DNA of 64,000 nucleotides from a virus, in IMG/VR virus record IMGVR_UViG_3300032307_000797; one strand, 5' to 3'. Under the pieces are notes generated by a model. The model saw only the letters and a list, made by a program, of their open reading frames with translations. It had not been told where the DNA came from and ran no database searches. Shown piece after piece: positions 37,201-47,349 of this stretch (positions are counted from its first letter, which is position 1; each line of letters begins with the position of its first letter). A program made the translations under genes and the position numbers.

Positions 37201-40200
37201 CGTAGGTGTTTCCGTTGATGTTACTGTTGTTGTATTTGTAGGAGTTACTGTTGGTGTTTCAGTTAACGTTGGAGTTGGTGTCGATGTTTCACCCGCAGTT
37301 GCAGTTAGTGTTGGGGTACTTGTTTCAGTTAATGTTGGAGTACTCGTTGACGTAACTGTCGGTGTAGGTGTAGGTGATGGACACTCATATGTATCACACA
37401 CCGGTAAACTCGCAAAATCGTGAATTGTCATGATTACACCATTAACGATTTCTACAACATATATTGGATAAGTGTTTTCTCCATTTGGAGTGTATACGTA
37501 GTTACCTGTTTGTGTTGATGGGAAATAAGTTGGTCCCGCACCATATAATTGTGTACCCGGATTAATTCCTGCAGATGAGTAATAGTATACACTACTTCCT
37601 GCGTAATTCCAGTTCGGGTGCGTTATAATATATTCCCAATCACACTTAACCTCCTCAACTGTTTTTGTTGTCCAATTTGTTGTTATAGTATCACAAACTC
37701 GACCTTCAAACCATAAGTTAACATTCACATCAGGAGTGCCCGCACCGCTTGGTGTACTTGTTAAAGTTGGTGTCTCAGTCAATGTTGGTGTATTCGTTGT
37801 AGTTAACGTCGGAGTTTCCGTTTGTGTTGGAGTATTTGTGGCGGTTGTTGTTGGGGTACTCGTAGGAATTGTTGAATTTTCACATTGAGTACATCCCGTA
37901 AACTGACCTTGTTGGAAATAGTTTGTTAAACTTAAAGTATTATCCCCACTCCACACACGATTTGGTGTACCTGAGGTTTGACCAATTGCATGGTAACAAA
38001 TACCCGAGTCGTCAGTAACAGTGTACGAATACCAGTTAATTGATGGACCTATCGTATATGGCATATATTCAAGAGGTAGACTCATTGAGTATATTGGATT
38101 GTATGGGTCTGTACAAAGAGCCAATGATGCAATAAATGTTGCACCTGAAGTCGATGTTAAAGTAGGTGTTGCGGTACTTGTAACCGTTGGTGTCGATGTT
38201 GACGTAACTGTTGGTGTTTGAGTTGGAACATCGGTACTTGTTGCCGTTAATGTCGGTGTCTGAGTCGCAGTTAACGTAGGTGTACTTGTTGGTACATCAG
38301 TCGATGTGTTCGTTGGTGTCTGAGTTATCGTCTCTGTCGGAGTATTTGTACTTGTAACCGTAGGTGTACTTGTCGAAGTAACCGTCGGTGTTGGGGTTAA
38401 TGTAGTTGTACTTGTCGGAGTAGGTGTCGGAGTTGCTCCCGGTTCACATACAAATGGAGATTCTTCTAAATCCTCATCTGTCGGTACATCTGAACAATGT
38501 ACAGGGTCAACATAATATTGTCCTAATTTGAAATCAATATTAGGATGTTTATCATATTGATGCTTCATCAATAATTGATGGTTATCATTACCATCAAAAA
38601 CAATCATGAATTCATCCGTTAATGGTGAGCCATCTTTTTCTACATTTAAATTAAAATATAATCCCGTATCACAGTAATTTAAATCAACATTTAATACTTC
38701 GATTGGGAAACCGTATTGATTAATTAAGAAATCACCCTTATCATATAGTTCTTCAGGGTGGTCGCAACATGGTTCAATAAAATCAGTTGGTCTTATTTGT
38801 AATTCTTCAGGGAATCTATCATCAAAATGATATGTACCATTTGTTACACCACCAAAATCTTCAATAAATTTATTTGTATAAACACGTAATTGTGTTGTTG
38901 GTAAAACTTCAAATACTTCGATATCACCGGTTGTTGTTTCTCCCGTAATAACATTCTTCTTAACTGAACCTAAACATTCAATATCCGTAACTAATAATTT
39001 TGAATATTCGTATGTAAATGAATATCCGTTTTGTGATGCATCTTGGAATTGTTGGTTTGTTAATCCCGAACATGGTAGATAATCTGCACTTAAAATGTAT
39101 TCACCAACTTGTAGTTGATAAACTGTTTTTTCAGTGATTGTTCCACCTGAAATATAAGTTTCGATATCACCACTTGTCGTCGTACTATCGATTGTTAATC
39201 CTGAAGATACAACCAATACAATTGAACTATCCTTTAAACCGTAATTAAAGTTTGATTTATATTCGACTTTTGGTTGTATTGTGTATCCTGTATAATTGTC
39301 ACAGAATGTTGCTCCCGAAATAACAGAAATAGTATTTCCTGTTGAACCTTGGTAACCTTCTATTACAAAAATTTCTGTGTGACTTTTCCCACTTGGTACG
39401 GGGCATGGGTCATGTTCAACTTTCGCTTGTAAACCTTCGATTTTGAATTTAACTTCATTGTTGGCCGCGTCGATGATATTGAAATCAATTACATCATATT
39501 CCGTAACACCCGTTAATTTAAATTTACAATCATAACCGGCAACTTTTTCAATATAAACATCAGCATTCTGACTGTGTCCACTTGTACAATTTGCATAAAT
39601 GTAGAACGGCCATGTGTGATTTTTCTGAACCCCAAATTGTGCTCCGATAATATCAATATAGATATCCGATACCATAACACATCCCGCAGGTTCTTCACAG
39701 TAGTATTCACCATCACCACTAACCTCAACACTTAATCTATCGTTAACTTTTGTTGTTCTATAATCGGCCTCGAATCTATAATCGAAATAATCTTTAACAG
39801 AACAATCTCCAATACCATATTTTATTGATGAGAATTTAATTATCTCTTCACCGTCTTCATTGGTGAAGATTTCATAATTAACAACCGCAACAGTTTCTGT
39901 ACTATATGAATGTCCCGTTGCACCTGTAAATGGAGCGTATGGTTCGTAACCTGCCGTGTATCTTGTGATTGTTATTGAATCAATTAATTCACTTAATGCA
40001 CTTAACCATAGTTCCTTAATTTTAACAATATCAGGTTCTAAATAATCTTTGTAATCACAAATAAGTGCCAAATTAACAGGGTCATTATCTGTTAAATCAG
40101 TACAACCCGTCATTGGGAATGGGTTGAATAGTTGTGCACTGTTTGTGGTGTTTGTTGTACCACTAACAACAACTGTCATCCCATCGGTTAAATCAGAATA

Positions 40201-42699
40201 ATCCGGTCCACCGTAAATAACTCCATCGATTTCAATTATTGGATAGTATGTTACTCCTGTTAGATTAATTAATCCTCTAAAGTTTGTTTCTTCCCCAAGT
40301 AATGTTTCAAGGTCTTCTTCAATCGCGGTTTCAAAATCGGGATATAAATCCTCAATAAACTCCATTGGTTGGCAATCAAACACGTATGGATACTTCGGTC
40401 TTCCGAAAAGATTGTTTTCAATTAAATTACCACCAGTCCACAGAGTTGTAGCCGGAACTAACTGTTCCACTAATTGTACCCAATAAGGACTGATTTTATT
40501 TACGAACTCAGCAGAATCAATAAATGTAAATGGAGTGAATCCACTCTGAGCCATGTAATCACGATAGATATCCTCAAGAACGATATAGTTCTTTTTATAT
40601 CTAATTGTGTGTGAATTCTTTATTACTTTATGTATAAAAGTATCGACGAACTGAGCAAACGTAATACCTGTTTGTGGTGTCAATAAATTAGTTGAACCAA
40701 AAGAAATTTCTAAATCTCTACTCTTTCTGAAGATATCATAATTGATTGCATTTGATGGGGAAATATGAATATTAATGTTCTTTCTATTCAATATTAATGA
40801 TGAACCATCCTCAACATCGTGAGCTTTTAAATTATCAATTTCCGCTTGTAATCCGTAACCTGTATCTAAACCCGGTAATGTTCTAAACACATCAAAATAA
40901 TCCTCACCATATGTGTAAGATTTATTTTTTGTTTTAATTGTTTTTGTTCTACCAGTTAAAACCGAATTCTCGTCATCTAAAATTGTTGGTGAACGGTGGT
41001 CCAAAGTAATATCGTACCAACCCGCACCTTTTTCAAAGAATATTTCTTCACTTTCACTGAACGCCCTTCTTGGTAAACCTGTATCGGGGTCAACAGGGAA
41101 ACCATCTCTATCAAAAGTAGTTGTTCCTGTTACAGTAATTGTATTGTACGTATATCCTGAAGTATCGAAACTTGCAGAAATATATGTTTTCTCACCAGCA
41201 ATTACGTCGTATATATCTTGTTCCAAATCAGAACTTGCAGGCATCGAAGTAACTTTGTACACATATTCATTAATCTTAATTAATGGTTCAGGTGCACCTA
41301 AGAATTTTAAGAAGAATTCAACAGACGCTCTCGTACCTTTTGATTTAAAGATGTACGCAAGATTCACCATTAATCTTCTATAGAATTCATTTTCAGCATC
41401 CATTTGGTTGAATCCTGTAGAAACTCCTTGGTATGTTGAGGAAAGACGAGTGTACATCGCTTCCTCCAATGATTTTTCATCAAATAGATTTGTGGTTGAC
41501 AAACCAAGATTCTCTGAAAGGTTTTTTAATAAAATATCCGGTAGGTTATTGATACCATCATAACTTACATTTCTCATGTAAGCAATGTTATCAATGTACT
41601 TCTTTACTGAGTCAAAACTTTGACCGTATAATTGGAAGACACTCTGTGTTCTTTGGTCGTCAGTATCAAATTCAAATAACTGTGGAGAAGCCAAAAATCT
41701 AACCATTAAGTTAGATTTGTATCCATCAATTTGGTCAGATATGTCTTTTAGATTTTGAATATAAGATTCATACTCAAGACCACTTATTTGTATGTTCCAC
41801 CCATCACTTAATAATGGCCAACTATATTCTACGTTCTGTAATGTTGTTCTTGAACCATCAGTACTTTCTTGCGGTACTTGAAACGCAGAAGTATATATTG
41901 GGGTTGATTCTCTATTCAAAAGAGATTCTTCAACATCATCTAATCCCGCGAAGAATTCCTCAACAACACCATTATTTGGTCTGATAAGGAAATTATCCGA
42001 GTATGTTGTTGCACCACTAAATGGATTACCAATGACAACAAAAACCAACTCATTAGATGAGTTTGGTTCATTATATTGGATAATTGGGTAACTTTCATCA
42101 TTAACAAACAAAACATACTTGTTATATGATGAATAAAAATTTCTGAGTTCGTTTTCAGTTGTTGGTTTTATTACCGTATTTGGTTCAACTAATGATATAT
42201 CAAATGGATTGAACAACTTAGATGATTGAACATATAATGTCGTTCTGTTTAAACTAAAATCATGTGATATATTGTAAGCAGAAAATATGTTATTACCAAT
42301 CGGGGTATCCGCAACAATTGATATTGCTCCGGGGAACTTTTTAATAATACGAGTAATAGAAACTAAAATTCTATCTTTCAAAGAACCGAACATTGATTTG
42401 TCCGCATTTCTTTTATTACTCTTAAAACGTATTGTACTTTTTCTTTGAGAACCTCCACCGGTTGATGATTGTGTGGTCGTTACTGCCGAATCTTCTTTTT
42501 TAATGGTATCAAGAGTTAAAAATTCAGAGAACGGATTGTTTCTAAATGTTTTAGCATCTTTTTCAGGAATGGTTTTATCAATATCAAAACTTGTGTTGGC
42601 AAGAGCAGGACTACCCGTAGTGATTTGTCTTCCAACTAAATTATCACTAAATGTTTCTGCTCCGCTAGCCGCCTGACTTGGTACCTTTCTTCTTGCCAT
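34267..42699 (-). CDS. Giant baseplate wedge-anchored protein (2810 aa) with mucin-like TP stalks and Cys-rich modules
   Basis: LPDILL...IFKSKGTRASVEFFLKFLG (gp7/P2 gpI-like wedge motif); the C-terminal half alternates TPT repeats and small Cys domains. Confidence 0.8.
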   Translation of the reverse strand: MARRKVPSQAASGAETFSDNLVGRQITTGSPALANTSFDIDKTIPEKDAKTFRNNPFSEFLTLDTIKKEDSAVTTTQSSTGGGSQRKSTIRFKSNKRNADKSMFGSLKDRILVSITRIIKKFPGAISIVADTPIGNNIFSAYNISHDFSLNRTTLYVQSSKLFNPFDISLVEPNTVIKPTTENELRNFYSSYNKYVLFVNDESYPIIQYNEPNSSNELVFVVIGNPFSGATTYSDNFLIRPNNGVVEEFFAGLDDVEESLLNRESTPIYTSAFQVPQESTDGSRTTLQNVEYSWPLLSDGWNIQISGLEYESYIQNLKDISDQIDGYKSNLMVRFLASPQLFEFDTDDQRTQSVFQLYGQSFDSVKKYIDNIAYMRNVSYDGINNLPDILLKNLSENLGLSTTNLFDEKSLEEAMYTRLSSTYQGVSTGFNQMDAENEFYRRLMVNLAYIFKSKGTRASVEFFLKFLGAPEPLIKINEYVYKVTSMPASSDLEQDIYDVIAGEKTYISASFDTSGYTYNTITVTGTTTFDRDGFPVDPDTGLPRRAFSESEEIFFEKGAGWYDITLDHRSPTILDDENSVLTGRTKTIKTKNKSYTYGEDYFDVFRTLPGLDTGYGLQAEIDNLKAHDVEDGSSLILNRKNINIHISPSNAINYDIFRKSRDLEISFGSTNLLTPQTGITFAQFVDTFIHKVIKNSHTIRYKKNYIVLEDIYRDYMAQSGFTPFTFIDSAEFVNKISPYWVQLVEQLVPATTLWTGGNLIENNLFGRPKYPYVFDCQPMEFIEDLYPDFETAIEEDLETLLGEETNFRGLINLTGVTYYPIIEIDGVIYGGPDYSDLTDGMTVVVSGTTNTTNSAQLFNPFPMTGCTDLTDNDPVNLALICDYKDYLEPDIVKIKELWLSALSELIDSITITRYTAGYEPYAPFTGATGHSYSTETVAVVNYEIFTNEDGEEIIKFSSIKYGIGDCSVKDYFDYRFEADYRTTKVNDRLSVEVSGDGEYYCEEPAGCVMVSDIYIDIIGAQFGVQKNHTWPFYIYANCTSGHSQNADVYIEKVAGYDCKFKLTGVTEYDVIDFNIIDAANNEVKFKIEGLQAKVEHDPCPVPSGKSHTEIFVIEGYQGSTGNTISVISGATFCDNYTGYTIQPKVEYKSNFNYGLKDSSIVLVVSSGLTIDSTTTSGDIETYISGGTITEKTVYQLQVGEYILSADYLPCSGLTNQQFQDASQNGYSFTYEYSKLLVTDIECLGSVKKNVITGETTTGDIEVFEVLPTTQLRVYTNKFIEDFGGVTNGTYHFDDRFPEELQIRPTDFIEPCCDHPEELYDKGDFLINQYGFPIEVLNVDLNYCDTGLYFNLNVEKDGSPLTDEFMIVFDGNDNHQLLMKHQYDKHPNIDFKLGQYYVDPVHCSDVPTDEDLEESPFVCEPGATPTPTPTSTTTLTPTPTVTSTSTPTVTSTNTPTETITQTPTNTSTDVPTSTPTLTATQTPTLTATSTDVPTQTPTVTSTSTPTVTSTATPTLTSTSGATFIASLALCTDPYNPIYSMSLPLEYMPYTIGPSINWYSYTVTDDSGICYHAIGQTSGTPNRVWSGDNTLSLTNYFQQGQFTGCTQCENSTIPTSTPTTTATNTPTQTETPTLTTTNTPTLTETPTLTSTPSGAGTPDVNVNLWFEGRVCDTITTNWTTKTVEEVKCDWEYIITHPNWNYAGSSVYYYSSAGINPGTQLYGAGPTYFPSTQTGNYVYTPNGENTYPIYVVEIVNGVIMTIHDFASLPVCDTYECPSPTPTPTVTSTSTPTLTETSTPTLTATAGETSTPTPTLTETPTVTPTNTTTVTSTETPTLTATNTPTLTETPTLTSTETPTLTATNTPTVTSTSTPTLTETPTLTPTAGETSTPTPSPTNTSTLTETPTLTSTNTPTLTETPTLTATNTPTLTETPTLTATNTPTLTETPTLTPTNTPTLTETPTMSATQTPTLTSTSTSTETPTLTATSTPTLTATNTPTLTSTSTSTETPTLTATQTPTLTNVLDGAIYCIDISLVEACGCRNSLTIYAQDNLSVGEILYEDNNATNPWTIAELQTLTNSSATVFYVNPASTNTVFVVENNGSGLAYASSETECPTPTPTPTLTATQTPTLTATQTPTLTATQTPTLTATNTPTLTSTSTSTETPTLTATNTPTLTSTSTATNTPTLTATNTPTLTETPTLTATQTPTLTATNTPTLTATNTPTLTSTSTSTETPTLTATNTPTLTATNTPTLTATNTPTLTSTSTSTETPTLTATNTPTLTETPTLTASNTPTLTSTSTATNTPTLTATNTPTQTETPTLTATNTPTLTQTPTLTSTSTPTLTATNTPTLTETPTLTSTATPTLTMTQTVLAACYQDVIFEVGPDGANIAYLTCCGGEKSRLYTEQGIYIIEDCIQTDSLYAFEGSLNWVNYFDGTTPCDCPTPTPTLTSTSTPTPTPTLPADCTCYSITYSEQDLDTLVGISVRYSVCDGGDIVREPITSLITKDNGNGTYTSFICVSDTGSYSTPVCVENDEEIICRIPFVSGGQCNTVNDCVNAENTPTPTQTSTSTPTLTQTPTLTVTKTPTRTPTSTPTRTPTVTPTRTTTPTLTRTTTPTPTPTADCNCAANINTTFTIYESIAGTTGNALYQNLTEWESYLVDCYYGTSGAAPVFSNKPSTAQQTTDTIPSKSYSYMLSFRYINAGTPSSNIRVAVGHGINGDCSFGVYDIPNPISGNYYTIRVDIRDLSLYNEIRVHVSTPVYSSYNYCTGTPGDNACCYNTATSPYHPGLQKPCPTDTFGCISSFGYWCVLGNM
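35612..37378 (-). repeat. Two long coding Thr-Pro repeat blocks (about 35612-36368 and 36648-37378)
   Basis: Units TPTLTE, TPTLTAT(N/Q) and TPTLTSTSTSTE, with variable synonymous codons. Confidence 0.9.
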
Positions 42700-43616
42700 T
42701 ATTCGGTAATAGTATCAAAGTTTAATGTTTCATCTATGTCAGTTCTTTCTTCACGTACTTCGTATAGAGTTTCGTTAAACTCATCCTTAACCTCGTAAAG
42801 ATTGTACTGTCTGTATATGTTATTATTGTTATCGTAAATTGTGTATATACCTTGAGAAACGGCTTTACTTTGATTACCATACAATGCGTGTGCAAGTGTA
42901 GTTGTGTCATGTTCTACCATTTCAATCTCAATTGTTGTTGGGTTGAAGTAGGTATTTGTTAAAATAATTTTTTGTGACGGCGTACCGATAAATGGAACCG
43001 TATTTGGTTTGTTTGACGGTGCCGATGATGGTGTTACCGTCAAAAACATCAAATTCGTTGCTTGTTCACTATATTGATAACGAATCGCCTTTTGTGATGT
43101 ACTTGTTAAGTTTGAAACTATCGGAGTACAATAGAATGAAGAAGTTACAACTCTATAAAAATTGGAAATCTTCTTATTGTCAGATGTGTTGATATATTCA
43201 ACTCTGTATCCGACCAACCCTTGTGGGGTAAACTTATTTCTATCAGCCGCAGGTACATTACTTAAATCAATAACTAAACCTCTTACAGAAGGTAATGAAG
43301 CCAAAATACCACAATCAGTAATTGTTGTACGAATCTGTTTTGGTCTTATGTGTAAGGTATAAATCCCCAATTCTGAGAAATCTCCTGAAGCCAACTTTAA
43401 ATTGTACATACCACCCAAAATTTCCACATCGGGTGCCGCTGTGTCATCTGTGGTATCTGCATTATGAAAAACCGGAGTTAAAATATCACTCGGACTCAAT
43501 CTTTTTAATGTTGCAGTTGCGTCACTTGTTCTTCCTGAAACGTAGTGGTAATAGATTTCCACATCTTCAGGAGAAACATCCGCGGGTCTAATAATTCCGT
43601 AACTACCTACTGCCAT
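42699..43616 (-). CDS. Structural protein (baseplate region)
   Basis: 305 aa; late motif at 43628-43635; coupled to the giant gene. Confidence 0.7.
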   Translation of the reverse strand: MAVGSYGIIRPADVSPEDVEIYYHYVSGRTSDATATLKRLSPSDILTPVFHNADTTDDTAAPDVEILGGMYNLKLASGDFSELGIYTLHIRPKQIRTTITDCGILASLPSVRGLVIDLSNVPAADRNKFTPQGLVGYRVEYINTSDNKKISNFYRVVTSSFYCTPIVSNLTSTSQKAIRYQYSEQATNLMFLTVTPSSAPSNKPNTVPFIGTPSQKIILTNTYFNPTTIEIEMVEHDTTTLAHALYGNQSKAVSQGIYTIYDNNNNIYRQYNLYEVKDEFNETLYEVREERTDIDETLNFDTITE

Positions 43617-43641
43617 GATTTTTTATTAATAAATATAAATT

Positions 43642-44754
43642 TTATTGTTTTCTTATTTTAAAATATCCATTTACATAGATATCTAATTCACCTGTGTTAT
43701 CGATTTCTCCTAATCTTAATGTTTTTTCTAATACCCCTTGTTTACCTCTTTCAACGAATATGTCCGAGAAAATAGTTGGTTCGTCAATAAACCCTAAGAA
43801 ATGTTCGTTCCTCGTAATTGCGAAGTTCATCACCTCTTCTTTTGTGAAACCTGAGGTACTACCTGTAATAGTGGTCACTCCGTCCTCAAAATCACGATAA
43901 TATAAATTATCAATAGTATATGCACTGTACGATATACCTGAAGTTGTTCCCGTAGTTACACCTGAATAAGTGTTGGAACCGTAAAGTTTCTTTTCGTCGA
44001 TTCTACTCTTACCAATTGCCGCATATGTAAATGTGGTATTTCCCGTGGTTCCTGTAGTTGCATACTCTAAATCATTTAAATAATTTAAAGTTTGACCAGT
44101 GATTGTTGAGTATGGTATTGTAAATCCACTAAACGTACCTAAAGGGTCAGATACCGTCGTGTTTGACGGTACCGTTACCTGTTTTTCTAATTTAAAATCT
44201 AACCATGGAGTACTCAATGATATTGATATCGTTTTAACTCCTGTTGAACCGTAAGTTTTTGTTACAGAATTTAAAGTAGTTCCTGTGTGGGTAGTTAATG
44301 TACTTGTGGTTGAATCTCCCCAATCTACGGTGAAATTTACCGTATGGATTTCAGATACTTTACTAGCATCAACGGTGTTATAAACCTGAACGGTATTTCC
44401 TGTTTGGGTATATGAAAAATTACATATTTGTTCAACTTGTTCAATATTACCATCGAACCCAACCATAACTCCCATTTCATCCACAGATGATTCTAAGAAC
44501 AATGGAACGTCATAACTACCCATTGCGTCGGATTGTGTGATAGATGACCATGTCGACCCTAACCACTCGTAATAACCCGTAGGAACACTACCGGTGACGT
44601 TATAAACCACATCACCAACTGATGGTGGTAATGTTGTCGAACCCGACCATGGAACCCAATTCCCGAAATAATCATACCAATACTCTCCTGTTAGTGAGTG
44701 TAATCTCACATTAGATATGTTTTTTCTTAATATTTTATATGTGTTTTTTTCCAT
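43642..44754 (-). CDS. Structural protein with PKD-like segment
   Basis: FTVDWGD...KTY...GVKTISI. Confidence 0.7.
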   Translation of the reverse strand: MEKNTYKILRKNISNVRLHSLTGEYWYDYFGNWVPWSGSTTLPPSVGDVVYNVTGSVPTGYYEWLGSTWSSITQSDAMGSYDVPLFLESSVDEMGVMVGFDGNIEQVEQICNFSYTQTGNTVQVYNTVDASKVSEIHTVNFTVDWGDSTTSTLTTHTGTTLNSVTKTYGSTGVKTISISLSTPWLDFKLEKQVTVPSNTTVSDPLGTFSGFTIPYSTITGQTLNYLNDLEYATTGTTGNTTFTYAAIGKSRIDEKKLYGSNTYSGVTTGTTSGISYSAYTIDNLYYRDFEDGVTTITGSTSGFTKEEVMNFAITRNEHFLGFIDEPTIFSDIFVERGKQGVLEKTLRLGEIDNTGELDIYVNGYFKIRKQ

Positions 44755-45605
44755 TATAAAAACTTTTCATAAAATACTATTGGGTCATTAGTTTCTCCGA
44801 TTCTTGAACCAACAGAACCATTAAATCTGAAAACTTGATATGAATAATCTGACCTATCAATAACCACCTTATAATACATATCATTTTCTTCTACGATAAT
44901 ATCATTTGGGGTTTTTGTTTTATTTGTAAAATCGAATACTTCTGCCGTTTTTGCGTTGTAAAACTTTGCCGTCATGTAAAATGTGTTACCCGTCAATGTT
45001 GTTTCATCAAAGGGAGTATCATCACCGAACCAGAAGAAGTACATATTTTCTTTATTTCTATAATTTGAACCCATGAATACAGGAAAATATATGTAATCAT
45101 TTAGAGAAACTGTACCCCCACTTGTAGTTCCGGTATAAAAAACTTTCTCACCGATTGGTAATGCCAAATTTTTAGCAAAAACCATTCTTCTATTTATACT
45201 TGTTGGTGCCTCATCATTCGGGGTTTTATAAAACTCTAATCTGAAAAAACTTTCAGTAGATTGTTTTAACATTAACGCATTTTCTTGTAATGTTATATCC
45301 ATTAATTGGTAATCCTGTTCATAGGTTACACCTGTAATAATTGGATTTGCCGGATTTGAAGTGTTGTAGTCGTAGTTACCGAAATAGAAATAAAACCATA
45401 TATCAGTTTGTGTAAATCCTGTTGTGTTCGTGTACGGTTTGTGGATATATCTTACTGTTTCATAATTCTCCGTTGGGTTAATGATTTCATAAAGAATTTC
45501 CTTTTCCATCATTTCCGCATTCTCCGTCCACCCCAAATCAGATTTGAATGAGTGTGTTGGGTTAACAACGATATTTTGGTCGGTATTTTGTCTTAATATT
45601 TCCAC
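44754..45605 (-). CDS. Structural protein (baseplate region)
   Basis: 283 aa in the late operon. Confidence 0.7.
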   Translation of the reverse strand: MEILRQNTDQNIVVNPTHSFKSDLGWTENAEMMEKEILYEIINPTENYETVRYIHKPYTNTTGFTQTDIWFYFYFGNYDYNTSNPANPIITGVTYEQDYQLMDITLQENALMLKQSTESFFRLEFYKTPNDEAPTSINRRMVFAKNLALPIGEKVFYTGTTSGGTVSLNDYIYFPVFMGSNYRNKENMYFFWFGDDTPFDETTLTGNTFYMTAKFYNAKTAEVFDFTNKTKTPNDIIVEENDMYYKVVIDRSDYSYQVFRFNGSVGSRIGETNDPIVFYEKFL

Positions 45606-45606
45606 G

Positions 45607-47349
45607 TTAACACTTAAATCTTTTTACTATCTTAATTCCGTCTTGTTTATTTGTGTATTGTTGTTCATTACGTAAATAGAAATTAATATCATTCTTTACA
45701 TAATGTATGTTGTTTATAAATGGGTAACTTGTGCCAAAACCTTCGGGGTCAATAAACCCATGGTCATATAAATCTCTCCATTTCCACAATAACTCGTCCT
45801 CAAAGTATTTTGCGTTTTGTGGTAATCCATATACTTGACTTGTATTTGAAGATTCAACATATGGCGATAACTGTCTTAGTTTTACCCTATGATGTGGTTG
45901 ATAGTATAAACCTACCATATTATCAACAGACGCACCTGAGAAGGTTGCCGAATCATCTTGGTCGTGGTCAAAAATTGTGGTGGGTGATGTTATCTTATGG
46001 TACGCTTCACTAACCACTCTTTCCTTTAATTCTGATTTATTATATTCAATAAATGCACCGTTAAGAGTGGTTCCTGTTGTAATGGTTCCTCCCGAAATAA
46101 ACGTTGTTCCTGACTTTGTGAATGAACCATATGGTACGGTAGTTTCTACTGATGTTGTACCACTAAAATGTTGGTCAATCCATGTGTCATGGAAATTAAA
46201 TTTATAACCAACTTTATATGGGTAATCAAAATATCCATTTTTGTTTTTGAATACAACTGAAACATAAACATCTGTTGGTAAGTACCCAAGGTTGTTGGTT
46301 AATCCCGTTAATGTAAACGGCTCTTTGAAATCATAAATCAACGATTCCATTCTATTTCTAACCACTAACACATCATTATCACCAACACTATTTTCAAATA
46401 CCAATTTTCTTTCGTTTTCCCATATAGATGATTCAAATCCAATCTTATCAAGGATGAACGCATCTCCCATGGTTATCACTTTATGTTTATGAACATAGTA
46501 TGTTGATATGGTCTCATCTAATCTGTTTCTATTAATACATCTTTTACCAAAAACTACCGTCGATAATGTGGTGCCCGATGGTATTTCAGATTTACTAATT
46601 TCTAACACATAATTTTCAGAATTATATAATTCACTTCCAACCGAAACAACTGAGAATGTTCTACCGGATTGTGGTACCGTGTTATTTAATGTACCACCCG
46701 AAATCACCACATACTCACCCCTACTAATACCGTGTTCAACAGGACTCGTTAAGAAGTACGATGATTTGTTTTCTGTAACTCTAAACGGTATTCCATCACC
46801 CGCAGTAAAACTATAAACAGTATTACCACTTAACGTGTATTTCATCGGGTGAGACGAGTCACCTGAATAAACATATGATAAACAGATATTCCAATTATGG
46901 AATGGTGCCGTGATTGGGGTTATTTCAATGTGGTCAGTTTGACCCGTAATAACAATATTTTGAGTGAATGCCGATAACACACTTGTTGATGTCGGGTCAT
47001 TAGTTTCCCTTACAACATCATCTCTTAAAAACGCAAATTCATTGTATGGTAAAAATCCATCAAATCTATTACCATCATCATACACCAAATATAAATTCTT
47101 TTTTAGTGGTTGGTATCCTGTTGTACCACTATAAAGGTTTCTAAAAACCATTTTAAGTTTTCCATGAATCTTATAATGAGGACTTTCATTTCTTTCTTTA
47201 GCAAAAAGAATTGATGTGTCTAATAGAATAGTTCTATCACCTTCTCTGAGCAAATTTTTAGATTCATCTAAATTTATTTTTAGATTTAAATCTTCATCAA
47301 TTGCTCCGAAGAATTTTTTAGATGGTAATATGAGTCTTTTCTTTTCCAT
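45607..47349 (-). CDS. Structural protein (baseplate region)
   Basis: 580 aa; TSPVEHGISRGEYV motif. Confidence 0.7.
   Translation of the reverse strand: MEKKRLILPSKKFFGAIDEDLNLKINLDESKNLLREGDRTILLDTSILFAKERNESPHYKIHGKLKMVFRNLYSGTTGYQPLKKNLYLVYDDGNRFDGFLPYNEFAFLRDDVVRETNDPTSTSVLSAFTQNIVITGQTDHIEITPITAPFHNWNICLSYVYSGDSSHPMKYTLSGNTVYSFTAGDGIPFRVTENKSSYFLTSPVEHGISRGEYVVISGGTLNNTVPQSGRTFSVVSVGSELYNSENYVLEISKSEIPSGTTLSTVVFGKRCINRNRLDETISTYYVHKHKVITMGDAFILDKIGFESSIWENERKLVFENSVGDNDVLVVRNRMESLIYDFKEPFTLTGLTNNLGYLPTDVYVSVVFKNKNGYFDYPYKVGYKFNFHDTWIDQHFSGTTSVETTVPYGSFTKSGTTFISGGTITTGTTLNGAFIEYNKSELKERVVSEAYHKITSPTTIFDHDQDDSATFSGASVDNMVGLYYQPHHRVKLRQLSPYVESSNTSQVYGLPQNAKYFEDELLWKWRDLYDHGFIDPEGFGTSYPFINNIHYVKNDINFYLRNEQQYTNKQDGIKIVKRFKC

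Noticed and set aside
35612-37378. Repeat region as a CRISPR or non-coding array
   Set aside because: Repeats are in-frame, codon-degenerate and lie inside a continuous 8.4 kb ORF
35672-38221. Plus-strand Val/Gly-rich ORFs (VNVGV...) and similar ones at 5471-6586, 30833 and 33281
   Set aside because: Antisense shadows of Thr/Pro/Asn codons, which seldom create stops on the opposite strand; no independent promoter or start context
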